Source of the DNA: Nocardioides sp.
Lineage (GTDB): Bacteria > Actinomycetota > Actinomycetes > Propionibacteriales > Nocardioidaceae
NCBI RefSeq assembly: GCF_036405735.1
Contig: NZ_DASWXC010000013.1
Coordinates: 40,268 to 104,267, forward strand
Length of the DNA stretch: 64,000 bases
Direction: 5' to 3'
The notes under the pieces are model-generated. The model was given only the letters and a program-made list of their open reading frames with translations, was not told the DNA's origin and did not search any database. This document shows, piece after piece, positions 30,573 through 40,190 of the stretch. Position numbers and translations under genes: made by a program. Position 1 is the stretch's first letter, and each line of letters opens with the position of its first letter.

Positions 30573-32462
30573 GTGACCGAAACGACCGACTCCACCACCG
30601 CGGCGGCTGCCGCGACCGGCGCCAAGAAGCGCGGCGGTGGCCTCAACTCGCTGCTGCTCGCCGACCTGAAGGCGATGGCCGCCGGCATGGGCATCGCGGG
30701 CGCCGGCTCGATGAAGAAGGCGCAGCTGGTGGAGGCCATCAAGGCCGCCCAGTCGGCGCAGGCCGGCAACCGCTCGCAGCCGCGCTCCGAGGCGGCCGGC
30801 AAGGGTGACTCGGCCGGCGCGAAGCCGGCGCGGAAGCGGGCGGCGCGCGCGGAGCAGGCCCAGCCCGGTGTCCAGCCCGGTGCCCAGGCCGAGCAGAGCG
30901 AGCGGACCGAGCAGAGCGAGCGGGCCGAGCGCTCGGGCCAGCCAGACCGGGCCGACCGGGCCGACGGGGCCGACCGGGCCGATGCGGCCGACGTGAGCCG
31001 GGCCGAGGACGCCGAGGAGCGCCGTGGCCAGCGCGGCCAGGGAGGCCGCCAGGGCAACCAGCGGGGCAACCAGCAGGGTGAGCAGCGCGGGGAGCAGCCG
31101 GCCCAGGAGGGCAAGCAGGGCCAGCAGCCCCAGGACGGCAAGCAGAACCAGCAGAACCAGCAGGGCCAGCAGGGCCAGCAGGGCCAGCAGGTCGGCGACG
31201 GCGACGGAGCCGACGGCGAGAGCCGCCGCAGCCGGCGTCGTCGCGGACGTGACCGCGACCGGCCGCGCGCGACCGGCGGCGCGCCACGTGAGCGCGGCGA
31301 CGTCGACATCGAGATCCGCGAGGACGACGTACTCGTCCCGGCCGCGGGCATCCTCGATGTCCTCGACAACTACGCGTTCGTGCGGACCAGCGGCTACCTG
31401 CCCGGGGCCGACGACGTCTACGTCTCCATGTCGCTGGTGCGCCGCCTCGGGCTGCGTCGCGGTGACGCCATCACCGGCCAGGTGCGCCAGCCCCGCGAGG
31501 GCGAGCGCAAGGAGAAGTTCAACCCGATGGTCCGCATCGACAGCGTCAACGGCGCGGACCCGGCCACGGCCACGACCCGGGTGGAGTTCTCCAAGCTGAC
31601 GCCGCTCTACGCCACCGAGCGGCTGCGGATGGAGACCGGACCCGACAACATGATCGGCCGGGTCATCGACATCGCCGCGCCGATCGGCAAGGGCCAGCGT
31701 GGACTCATCGTCTCCCCGGCCAAGGCCGGCAAGACGATGGTGATGCAGTCGATCGCCAACTCCATCACCGCGAACAACCCCGAGTGCCACCTCATGGTCG
31801 TGCTGGTCGACGAGCGGCCCGAGGAGGTCACCGACTTCGAGCGCTCGGTGAAGGGCGAGGTCATCTCCTCGACCTTCGACCGCCCGGCCACCGACCACAC
31901 GATCGTCGCCGAGCTCGCCATCGAGCGCGCCAAGCGGCTGGTCGAGCTCGGCCACGACGTCGTCGTCCTGCTCGACGGCATCACGCGGCTGGGGCGGGCC
32001 TACAACCTGGCCGCTCCCGCCAGCGGCCGGATCCTCTCCGGTGGCGTCGACTCCGCGGCGCTGTACCCGCCGAAGAAATTCTTCGGCGCCGCCCGCAACA
32101 TCGAGAACGGCGGCTCCCTGACGATCCTCGCCACGGCGCTGATCGAGAGCGGCTCGAAGATGGACGAGGTGATCTTCGAGGAGTTCAAGGGCACCGGGAA
32201 CATGGAGATCCGGCTGCGCCGCGACTTCGCCGAGAAGCGGCTCTTCCCCGCGATCGATGTCGTCCAGTCCGGCACCCGCCGCGAGGAGCTGCTGCTCAGC
32301 CCCGAGGAGCTCGCGATCATCTGGAAGCTCCGCAAGGTGCTGTCCGGACTCGACGGCCAGCAGGCCCTGGAGCTGCTGTTGGAGCGGCTGCGCAAGGCGC
32401 AGAGCAACATCGAGTTCCTGATGCAGGTGCAGAAGACCACCCCGGCCGCCGACGAGGCGTGA
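30573..32462 (+). CDS. rho: Transcription termination factor Rho with a long Arg/Gly/Gln-rich N-terminal insertion
   Basis: LADLKAMAAGMGIAGAGSMKKAQLVEAI at the N-terminus, the OB fold GILDVLDNYAFVRTSGYLPG, Walker A SPAKAGKT and LVDERPEEV. GTG 30573 is preferred (GGGAAGGA 7 nt upstream) over the tracked GTG 30549. Confidence 0.95.
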   Translation: MTETTDSTTAAAAATGAKKRGGGLNSLLLADLKAMAAGMGIAGAGSMKKAQLVEAIKAAQSAQAGNRSQPRSEAAGKGDSAGAKPARKRAARAEQAQPGVQPGAQAEQSERTEQSERAERSGQPDRADRADGADRADAADVSRAEDAEERRGQRGQGGRQGNQRGNQQGEQRGEQPAQEGKQGQQPQDGKQNQQNQQGQQGQQGQQVGDGDGADGESRRSRRRRGRDRDRPRATGGAPRERGDVDIEIREDDVLVPAAGILDVLDNYAFVRTSGYLPGADDVYVSMSLVRRLGLRRGDAITGQVRQPREGERKEKFNPMVRIDSVNGADPATATTRVEFSKLTPLYATERLRMETGPDNMIGRVIDIAAPIGKGQRGLIVSPAKAGKTMVMQSIANSITANNPECHLMVVLVDERPEEVTDFERSVKGEVISSTFDRPATDHTIVAELAIERAKRLVELGHDVVVLLDGITRLGRAYNLAAPASGRILSGGVDSAALYPPKKFFGAARNIENGGSLTILATALIESGSKMDEVIFEEFKGTGNMEIRLRRDFAEKRLFPAIDVVQSGTRREELLLSPEELAIIWKLRKVLSGLDGQQALELLLERLRKAQSNIEFLMQVQKTTPAADEA

Positions 32463-32496
32463 GCCGCCGCTCCGGCGCTACCGCGGCCGGACGTGG

Positions 32497-32520
32497 CGGA
32501 CGGGAATTGGCTCCCGTCCG
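32497..32520 (+). terminator. Stem-loop after rho (CGGACGGGA-ATTGGC-TCCCGTCCG)
   Basis: Perfect 9-bp stem 35 nt after the rho stop. It overlaps the -35 element of the predicted rpmE promoter. Confidence 0.45.
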
Positions 32521-32528
32521 GTCGCGTT
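32503..32528 (+). promoter_or_regulatory. SigH/SigR-type promoter (GGAAT-N18-GTT) upstream of rpmE
   Basis: GGGAAT at 32502-32507, an 18-nt spacer from GGAAT, and CGTT at 32525-32528, 78 nt before the rpmE ATG. The extended pattern is the same as upstream of sigH. Confidence 0.5.
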
Positions 32529-32606
32529 GACTACCCTTGGCACGTTCGGCTCCGGTTCACGTCGCGCCTCCGCGTGGCGACCCGGACCCCTTGAGAAGAG
32601 GAATCC

Positions 32607-32813
32607 ATGAAGGCTGACATCCACCCCGAGTACGTCGAGACCCAGGTGACCTGCACCTGCGGTGCCTCGTTCACCACCCGCAGCACGAAGACCGACGGCG
32701 TGATCCGCGCCGACGTGTGCTCGAACTGCCACCCGTTCTACACCGGCAAGCAGAAGATCCTCGACACCGGCGGCCGCGTCGCGCGCTTCGAGGCCCGCTA
32801 CGGCAAGAAGTAG
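32607..32813 (+). CDS. rpmE: 50S ribosomal protein L31 (zinc-ribbon, C+ type)
   Basis: MKADIHPEY...CTCG...[13 protein letters not shown]. Confidence 0.95.
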   Translation: MKADIHPEYVETQVTCTCGASFTTRSTKTDGVIRADVCSNCHPFYTGKQKILDTGGRVARFEARYGKK

Positions 32814-32822
32814 CTGCTTCCC

Positions 32823-32860
32823 AGCGCCGGCCCACCCGCACCAGCGGGAGGGTCGGCGCT
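32823..32860 (+). terminator. Imperfect stem-loop after rpmE
   Basis: AGCGCCGGCCCACCCGC-ACCA-GCGGGAGGGTCGGCGCT, 17 bp with two mismatches, followed by CTGCATTTGCC. Confidence 0.55.
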
Positions 32861-32898
32861 CTGCATTTGCCCGGATTCCGCCCAGCGCAGGAGTGTGG

Positions 32899-33975
32899 AT
32901 GTTCGAAGCAGTCGAGGGGCTCATCGAGGAGCACCGGGAGCTCGAGGGACGCCTCGGTGCGCCGGAGACCCACGCCGACGCCCGGCTGGCCAAGCAGCTC
33001 AACCAGCGCTACGCCGAGCTGAGCGCCATCATCGCCGCCTACCGCGAGTGGCTGGCGCTCGGCGACGACATCGCCGCGGCCCGCGAGCTGGCCGGTGAGG
33101 ACGAGGCGTTCGCCGCGGAGGCCGAGGCGCTCGCCGGCCGACGCGTCGAGACCGAGGAGCGGCTGCGCCGGCTCCTGGTGCCCCGCGACCCGGCCGACGA
33201 CAAGGACGCGATCCTCGAGGTGAAGTCGGGGGAGGGCGGCGAGGAGTCGGCGCTGTTCGCCGGCGACCTGCTGCGGATGTACTCCCGCTACGCCGAACGG
33301 CAGGGCTGGAAGGTGGAGCTCCTCGACGCGACCGAGTCCGACCTCGGGGGCTACAAGTCGGTCACCGTGGCCGTGAAGGCCAAGAGCGGCGCGAGCGAGC
33401 CGGGTCGGGCGCCGTACGGCCTGCTCAAGTTCGAGGGCGGCGTGCACCGGGTGCAGCGGGTGCCGGTCACCGAGTCGCAGGGCCGGGTCCACACCTCCGC
33501 GGCCGGCGTGCTGGTGATGCCGGAGGCCGAGCAGGTCGACGTGACCGTCGACGAGAACGACCTGCGCATCGACGTCTTCCGCAGCTCCGGTCCGGGCGGC
33601 CAGAGCGTGAACACCACGGACTCCGCGGTCCGCATCACCCACCTGCCCACCGGCATCGTCGTCAGCTGCCAGAACGAGAAGAGCCAGCTGCAGAACAAGG
33701 AGCAGGCACTGCGCATCCTGCGTGCCCGGCTCCTCGCGGCGGCCCAGGAGGCCGCCGACGCGGAGGCCAGCGACGCGCGCCGATCGCAGGTGCGCACCGT
33801 CGACCGCTCCGAGCGGATCCGGACCTACAACTTCCCGGAGAACCGGATCTCCGACCACCGCACCGGCTACAAGTCCTACAACCTCGACCAGGTGCTCGAC
33901 GGTGACCTCGAGCCCGTCGTGCTCTCCGCCGTCGACGCCGACCTCGCGCACCGGCTCGCGGCGCTCGAGGACTGA
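32899..33975 (+). CDS. prfA: Peptide chain release factor 1
   Basis: [30 protein letters not shown] (GGQ motif) and a typical RF1 C-terminus. ATG 32899 (MFEAVEGL) is preferred to the tracked GTG 32893. Confidence 0.95.
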   Translation: MFEAVEGLIEEHRELEGRLGAPETHADARLAKQLNQRYAELSAIIAAYREWLALGDDIAAARELAGEDEAFAAEAEALAGRRVETEERLRRLLVPRDPADDKDAILEVKSGEGGEESALFAGDLLRMYSRYAERQGWKVELLDATESDLGGYKSVTVAVKAKSGASEPGRAPYGLLKFEGGVHRVQRVPVTESQGRVHTSAAGVLVMPEAEQVDVTVDENDLRIDVFRSSGPGGQSVNTTDSAVRITHLPTGIVVSCQNEKSQLQNKEQALRILRARLLAAAQEAADAEASDARRSQVRTVDRSERIRTYNFPENRISDHRTGYKSYNLDQVLDGDLEPVVLSAVDADLAHRLAALED

Positions 33976-33978
33976 GCG

Positions 33979-34857
33979 GTGGCGGCCGAGACCACCCGGC
34001 GCGGCCTGCTCTCCGCCGGCGCCGTGCAGCTGCGCGCCGCGGGCGTCGCCAGCCCCGAGTACGACGCCGCCGAGCTGCTCTCCCACGTGCTCGGCGTGAC
34101 CCGGGGCAACCTGGTGCTCGTCGACCGGATCACCGACGACCAGGCCGACGCGTATCTCGCGCTGATCGGGCGGCGGGCCGCGCGGGAGCCGCTGCAGCAC
34201 CTCACGGGCGAGGCGCACTTCCGGCACGTGACGCTCGCGGTGGGTCCTGGCGTGTTCGTGCCGCGACCGGAGACCGAGCTGCTCGCCGGCTGGGCGATCC
34301 AGGAGGCCAGGCGGGCCGAGCACGAGAACCGGACCTGCCGGGTCGTAGACCTGTGCACGGGCTCCGGGGCGATCGCCAAGGCGATCAAGGACGAGGTCCC
34401 TGAGGCCGACGTCTACGCCTGCGAGCTGTCGGAGGACGCCTATCCGTGGGCGGTGCGCAACCTGACCGGCACGGGGGTCGACCTGCGCCAGGGCGACATG
34501 GCCGAGGCGTTCGAGGACCTGGTCGGCACCGTGGACGTCGTGGTCTGCAACCCGCCCTACATCCCGCTCGAGGCGTGGGAGTCCGTCGCGCTCGAGGCCC
34601 GCGACCACGACCCCGACCTGGCCCTCTACTCCGGCGCCGACGGGCTCGACGCCATGCGCGTGCTCGAGCAGCGCGCGGCGCGGCTGCTGCGGCACGCGGG
34701 CGTGGTCGGCGCCGAGCACGCGGACGAGCAGGGCCCCGACGGGCTCGGCGGTGGTGCCCCCGGCGTCTTCGCGGCGAGCGGCCGCTGGGCCGACGTACGC
34801 GACCACGCCGACCTGGCGGGGCGACCGCGCTTCACGACCGCGCGACTGGCACGATGA
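33979..34857 (+). CDS. prmC: Release factor glutamine N5-methyltransferase (PrmC/HemK)
   Basis: REPLQHLTGEAHFR, DLCTGSGAIA and VVCNPPYIP (NPPY). Confidence 0.9.
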   Translation: MAAETTRRGLLSAGAVQLRAAGVASPEYDAAELLSHVLGVTRGNLVLVDRITDDQADAYLALIGRRAAREPLQHLTGEAHFRHVTLAVGPGVFVPRPETELLAGWAIQEARRAEHENRTCRVVDLCTGSGAIAKAIKDEVPEADVYACELSEDAYPWAVRNLTGTGVDLRQGDMAEAFEDLVGTVDVVVCNPPYIPLEAWESVALEARDHDPDLALYSGADGLDAMRVLEQRAARLLRHAGVVGAEHADEQGPDGLGGGAPGVFAASGRWADVRDHADLAGRPRFTTARLAR

Positions 34858-35543
34858 CCTCTGTGAGTGAGCGCTTCCCGACCGGGACCGAGGAGGAGGT
34901 CACCGCCGCCGTCGAGGCAGCCGCTGCCGCCGTACGACGTGGTGAGCTGGTCGTGATCCCGACCGACACCGTGTACGGCGTCGGCGCCGACGCGTTCGAC
35001 CCCGCGGCCGTGCAGTCCCTGCTCGACGCGAAGGGCCGCGGCCGCGAGATGCCGCCGCCGGTGCTGGTCGCCTCCGCCGACACGCTCGACGCCCTGGCGG
35101 TGCGCGTGCCGGACTGGGCCCGCGCCCTCGTCGCTGAGTTCTGGCCTGGTGCGTTGACGCTGGTCTGCCACCAGCAGGCCTCGCTGCAGTGGGACCTGGG
35201 GGAGACCCGCGGCACCGTGGCGGTCCGGGTGCCCGACCATCCCGTCGCCCGCGCCATCCTCGAGCGGACCGGCCCGCTCGCGGTCAGCTCGGCCAACCTG
35301 ACCGGCCTGCCGGCCGCCCTGGACGCCGACGAGGCCGAGCGGATGCTCGGCGCCTCGGTGGCGGTCGTCGTCGACGCCGGCGCGGCCGGGGGTGCCGAGC
35401 CGTCCACGATCATCGACGCCACCGGCGTCCGGCCGCGCGTGCTGCGGTCGGGTGCGTTGTCGGTGGCGCGGGTCAACGCCGTGCTCTCTGCCTTCGACCT
35501 CGCGGTGCCCGACGACGGCCCCAACGACGACCCCGAGGGCTGA
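34854..35543 (+). CDS. L-threonylcarbamoyladenylate synthase (TsaC/Sua5/YwlC family)
   Basis: GELVVIPTDTVYGVGADAF, WPGALTLV, VAVRVPDHPVARAIL and LAVSSANLTG. The ATG overlaps the prmC stop. Confidence 0.85.
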   Translation: MTSVSERFPTGTEEEVTAAVEAAAAAVRRGELVVIPTDTVYGVGADAFDPAAVQSLLDAKGRGREMPPPVLVASADTLDALAVRVPDWARALVAEFWPGALTLVCHQQASLQWDLGETRGTVAVRVPDHPVARAILERTGPLAVSSANLTGLPAALDADEAERMLGASVAVVVDAGAAGGAEPSTIIDATGVRPRVLRSGALSVARVNAVLSAFDLAVPDDGPNDDPEG

Positions 35544-35548
35544 GCCCG

Positions 35549-36667
35549 GTGCGTGCCTACGTCCTGGTGTTCCTCATCGCGGGCGCGATGACCTATCTGC
35601 TGACCGTGATCGCCCGCGAGGTCGCCCTGCGCACCGGCGCGGTGGCGCGGGTCCGGGACCGGGACGTCCACGACCAGCCGATCCCGTACATGGGCGGGGT
35701 GGCGATGCTCGGCGGGCTCTGGGCGGCGTATCTCGTCGCCCGACAGCTGCCGTTCCTGGCCGACGGCTCGCCGCTCGTGCTGCGGGACGCAGGGGTCGTC
35801 CTGGTCGCCGGGACGATGATCTGCATGGTGGGGGTGCTCGACGACCTCTTCGAGCTCGACGCGCTCACCAAGCTGGGTGCGCAGGTGCTGGCCACGGCGT
35901 TCCTCATCGCCTTCCAGATCCAGTACTGGTTCATCAGCCTCCCCGGCGGCCGCCAGTTCTCCCTCGACGCGGCCCAGGGTGCCCTGCTGACGGGATTCGT
36001 CGTCGTGGCCACCGTCAACGCGGTCAACTTCGTCGACGGCCTCGACGGGTTGGCGGCCGGCGTCGTCGGTATCGGCGCGGCCGCGTTCTTCGTGTTCTGC
36101 TACGGCCTGACCCGCATCAACGACGTCGAGCGCGGCACCACCGCGGCGCTGCTCAGCGCCGCGCTGGCGGGCGCCTGCGCCGGCTTCCTGGTGCACAACT
36201 GGCACCCGGCGCGGCTGTTCATGGGCGACAGCGGCTCGATGCTGATCGGCCTGGTCCTCTCGGCCAGCGCGGTGAGCCTCTCGGGGCAGTTCGACGCGGG
36301 GCAGCTGACGCAGGGGGCCGCGGGCTCCTCGGCCAGCCTGCTGCCGACGCTGCTGCCGATCGTGCTGCCGCTGACCATCCTCATCGTGCCCATCGCGGAC
36401 CTGGTCCTGGCCGTCGTACGCCGCACCCGAGCCGGCCGCTCACCCTTCTCGCCGGACAAGCAGCACCTGCACCACCGGCTGCTCGAGATCGGCCACTCCC
36501 AGCGCCGTGCGGTCCTCATCATGTGGCTGTGGGCCGGTCTGATCGCGTTCGGCTCGGTGGTGATCAGCCTCTACTCCGGTGCCTGGGTCTGGGGCATGCT
36601 CGCGGCGATGGCGGTGCTGACGCTGGCGCTGACCTTCCTCCTCCCGAAGGTCCGCCAGCCGGTCTGA
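35549..36667 (+). CDS. wecA: Undecaprenyl-phosphate GlcNAc-1-phosphate transferase (MraY/WecA family; Rfe)
   Basis: Polytopic membrane protein with PIPYMGGVAM, DDLFELD, NAVNFVDGLDGLAAG and NWHPARLFMGDSGSMLIG. Its position between tsaC and the atp operon matches Mtb Rv1302. Confidence 0.85.
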   Translation: MRAYVLVFLIAGAMTYLLTVIAREVALRTGAVARVRDRDVHDQPIPYMGGVAMLGGLWAAYLVARQLPFLADGSPLVLRDAGVVLVAGTMICMVGVLDDLFELDALTKLGAQVLATAFLIAFQIQYWFISLPGGRQFSLDAAQGALLTGFVVVATVNAVNFVDGLDGLAAGVVGIGAAAFFVFCYGLTRINDVERGTTAALLSAALAGACAGFLVHNWHPARLFMGDSGSMLIGLVLSASAVSLSGQFDAGQLTQGAAGSSASLLPTLLPIVLPLTILIVPIADLVLAVVRRTRAGRSPFSPDKQHLHHRLLEIGHSQRRAVLIMWLWAGLIAFGSVVISLYSGAWVWGMLAAMAVLTLALTFLLPKVRQPV

Positions 36668-36715
36668 GGCCGGCCGCGCGGCCTTGATCGTTCCATTTCG
36701 GCACCGCGACACCCT

Positions 36716-36731
36716 TGTGATAGTTTTCACG
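36716..36731. promoter_or_regulatory. CRP/GlxR-type site TGTGATAGTTTTCACG upstream of the atp operon
   Basis: TGTGA-N6-TCACG lies 70 nt before ATG 36801. It shares the extended TTCACGAGCG right arm with the whiB1 site. Confidence 0.5.
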
Positions 36732-36800
36732 AGCGTTCGCGTTAGCCTGGCTGACGCCGCGAGACCCGCCGATTGTCCCCTCCAGAGAACGGCCGCCGAG

Positions 36801-37289
36801 ATGACGACCGAGTCGAAGCAGGTACGCCCCGTCAGCGGCGTCCCGACGCTTCTCGGCGCCGCAGGCTGCTGTGCTGGGGCGGCCGTCGTCCTCGCCGTCG
36901 CGGGGGCGGTCGCCTCCGGTGCGGGGGCCGCCGGTGCGGGCTTCGCCGGCGCCGCCATCGTGCTGGCCCTGTTCGCCTGGGGCGCGCTGGTCGTGGATAT
37001 GGTCGCCACCGTCCTGCCCTCGGCCACCCTGATCACCGCACTCGTGACCTACGGCGCACAGATCGCGACCACGGGACTCGTGCTCGCCTGGGTCGGTCGC
37101 AGCGGTGCCTTCCTCGACGACCGGGGCTGGCTGGCGGCCGGTGTGGTGACCGGTGTGCTGGTGTGGGTGACGGCGCAGATCGTGCTGACGGTACGGCGTC
37201 GGATCCCCGTCTACGACCTCCCGCTGAGCCCGTCCCCGGACCCGTCCGCGGGCCGCCCCTCCCAGCCTGCGAGGGCGGTGGAGCGATGA
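36801..37289 (+). CDS. Hypothetical membrane protein preceding the atp operon (Rv1303-like position)
   Basis: Four hydrophobic segments and an Ala/Gly-rich N-terminus. ATG 36801 chosen inside the tracked ORF 36684..37289. Confidence 0.5.
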   Translation: MTTESKQVRPVSGVPTLLGAAGCCAGAAVVLAVAGAVASGAGAAGAGFAGAAIVLALFAWGALVVDMVATVLPSATLITALVTYGAQIATTGLVLAWVGRSGAFLDDRGWLAAGVVTGVLVWVTAQIVLTVRRRIPVYDLPLSPSPDPSAGRPSQPARAVER

Positions 37290-37319
37290 CGGTTCACGGC
37301 TGCTACAGTCCGGGGCGCG

Positions 37320-37574
37320 ATGGCAGAGGAACAGCCGCCGAAGGCGAGCGGACCGGGCAAGGCTCCGGTGCGCGACCCCTGGCAGGCGTTCAGTCACCTC
37401 GTCGCCGGAGTCTTGTTCTACGGCCTGGTGGGATTCGGGCTGGATCGCTGGCTCGGCACGAGGTTCCTGGTGGTGGTGGGGATCCTCGTCGGGGCGGTCC
37501 TCGGCCTGTACCTCACCTGGAAGCAGCTGCCGCGCGAACCCGACGACGAGCCGCCGAAGCAGCCGCCGGCATGA
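37320..37574 (+). CDS. AtpZ/AtpI-family small membrane protein
   Basis: 84 aa, two TM helices (FSHLVAGVLFYGLVGFGLDRWLG...), immediately upstream of atpB. Confidence 0.6.
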   Translation: MAEEQPPKASGPGKAPVRDPWQAFSHLVAGVLFYGLVGFGLDRWLGTRFLVVVGILVGAVLGLYLTWKQLPREPDDEPPKQPPA

Positions 37575-37617
37575 CCCGAACGAACGTTACGCAGATGCAG
37601 AAGACGCAGGAGGCAGA

Positions 37618-38412
37618 GTGAATTTCGCCGGAGCCATGATCCGCGCCGACGAGTTCCACGCGCCGGGGCCGGGCAGCTTCGAGCTGCCGCCGGTGTTCGA
37701 GCTGGGTTCGTTCGGCGTCACGAAGCCGATGCTCCTGCTGGTCCTCTCGGCCCTGGTCGTCGTCGGCTTCAGCTGGCTGGCCGCCCGCCGCGCCGCCGTG
37801 GTGCCGGGCCGCCTGCAGTTCGCCGGCGAGTCGGTCTACAACTTCGTGCGTGGCCTGGCCCGCGACAACATCGGCAGCGACCACTTCATGAAGTTCGTGC
37901 CGTACCTGTTCTCGCTGTTCCTGTTCATCTTGATGAACAACTACTACGGCCTGATCCCGTTCCTGCAGTTCCCCTCGTTCTCCCGCATCGGCTTCGTGAT
38001 CCCGTTGGCGATCCTGTCGTGGCTGATCTACATCGGCGCCGGCATGTGGGCCCACCACGGTCCGCTGCGCTACCTCAAGCACCAGACGGTGCCGGGCGGC
38101 ATCAAGGGTCCGATCCTGCTGCTCCTGGTCCCGCTGGAGTTCTTCTCCAACCTGCTGGTCCGGCCGGTCACGCTGACGCTGCGTCTGTTCGGCAACATGT
38201 TCGCCGGCCACCTCCTGCTGATCCTCTTCGCCACCGGCGGTGCCGCGCTGCTGAGCAGCGGCAACGCCCTGTACGGCGGCGTGGGCGTCCTCGCGTTCGT
38301 GCTCGGCATCGGCGTCAGCTTCCTCGAGATGCTGGTGATGTTCCTGCAGGCCTACGTGTTCACGCTGCTCAGCACCATGTACATCGGCGAGGCGATCGCC
38401 GAGGAGCACTGA
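37618..38412 (+). CDS. atpB: F0F1 ATP synthase subunit a
   Basis: LVRPVTLTLRLFGNMFAGHLLL (conserved Arg) and a polytopic profile. Confidence 0.93.
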   Translation: MNFAGAMIRADEFHAPGPGSFELPPVFELGSFGVTKPMLLLVLSALVVVGFSWLAARRAAVVPGRLQFAGESVYNFVRGLARDNIGSDHFMKFVPYLFSLFLFILMNNYYGLIPFLQFPSFSRIGFVIPLAILSWLIYIGAGMWAHHGPLRYLKHQTVPGGIKGPILLLLVPLEFFSNLLVRPVTLTLRLFGNMFAGHLLLILFATGGAALLSSGNALYGGVGVLAFVLGIGVSFLEMLVMFLQAYVFTLLSTMYIGEAIAEEH

Positions 38413-38542
38413 GCCGGGCCCCGGCCCGCTCGGTCCGACAAGCGCAGCACCCCAGCACCACCCGCAGTACCGCACAGACCGCACTCTGAAGTAAGCACAC
38501 CAGCGACGTCGCAACGACCGTCGTGCAACGAAAGGAAAAGCC

Positions 38543-38752
38543 GTGGAAGGCTCCCTCAACATGATCGGCCTCGGCCTCGCCGCGATCGGCCCCGGTGTCG
38601 GCATCGGCCTCATCTTCGCTGCCTTCATCAGCGGCGTCGCCCGTCAGCCCGAGGCCCAGAGCCGGCTGCAGTCGATCGCCATCCTCGGCTTCGTTCTGGC
38701 CGAGGCGCTCTACATCATCACCCTGGCCCTCGCCTTCGTCCTGCCGATCTGA
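38543..38752 (+). CDS. atpE: F0F1 ATP synthase subunit c
   Basis: 69 aa hairpin with GVARQPEA and the proton-carrier Glu in VLAEAL. Confidence 0.93.
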   Translation: MEGSLNMIGLGLAAIGPGVGIGLIFAAFISGVARQPEAQSRLQSIAILGFVLAEALYIITLALAFVLPI

Positions 38753-38784
38753 CCCGGTCGGTCCACGACACTCCGGATAGGTAG

Positions 38785-39320
<536 letters not shown>

Positions 39321-39321
<1 letters not shown>

Positions 39322-40142
39322 TGGACGTGCGTGGTGCGTCGGCCGAGGCTGTCGCCGCCCTCACCGACGAGCTGACGACCCGGGTGGGCCCGGGCGCCGG
39401 CTCGCCGGAGGCGGCGGCCGCCGTGGCCGACTCCCTGTACTCGATCGCGCAGACCCTGCGCGCCGAGGCGGCGCTACGGCGGTTCGTCACGGACGGCTCC
39501 GTGCCGGCCGAGGCCAAGGTCGGCGTGGTCCGCGACGTGCTCGGCACCAAGGCCGACGCCGTGGCGATCGACGTGGTCGCCTCCGCCGTCTCGCGGCGCT
39601 GGACGTCGGCCAAGGACCTGGCCGAGGCCCTCGAGCACCTCAGCGAGGTGGCCGCGGTCCGCTCGGCCGGTGAGGACGCCGGCCGGCTGGCCGACGAGCT
39701 CTTCGCCCTGGGCGGCGTCGTCCAGGAGAACCCGGCGCTGCGCGACGCGCTCTCCGACCCGGCCCGTTCGCTGGAGGACAAGGGCGCGCTGCTCGAGTCC
39801 CTGCTCGGCGGCAAGGCCCTCCCGGCGACGATCACCCTCGCCAAGCAGGCACTGGGCGGCACCTACCGCACCGTGTCCGCGGCGCTGGAGGAGTACACCA
39901 AGGTCGCCGCCTCGGTCCGCGACGAGAACGTCGCGACCGTGCGCGTCGCCCAGCCCCTCACCGACGCCGAGCAGCGCCGTCTCGGCGAGGCGCTCGCCCG
40001 GCAGTACGGCCGCCAGGTCCACCTCAACATCGTGGTCGACCCGGCTGTCCTCGGCGGCATCAAGGTGGAGATCGGTGACGACGTCATCGACGGCACCGTG
40101 GCCAGCCGCCTCGACGAGGCCCGCCGCCTGTTGGCCGGCTGA
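39321..40142 (+). CDS. atpH: F0F1 ATP synthase subunit delta
   Basis: Position between atpF and atpA, and the C-terminal VDPAVLGGIKVEIGDDVIDGTV OSCP motif. ATG 39321 overlaps the atpF stop. Confidence 0.88.
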
Positions 40143-40190
40143 CCACCCGACGTACAGACTTTCGTAGAGACCGAAGAGAGAAGGCACCCA

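Noticed and set aside
30945-31190. The 9-bp tandem repeats in rho as a sign of a pseudogene, an insertion element or an assembly artefact.
   Set aside because: The repeats are in frame and multiples of 3. They lie inside the known variable insertion region of actinobacterial Rho, and all catalytic motifs downstream are intact.
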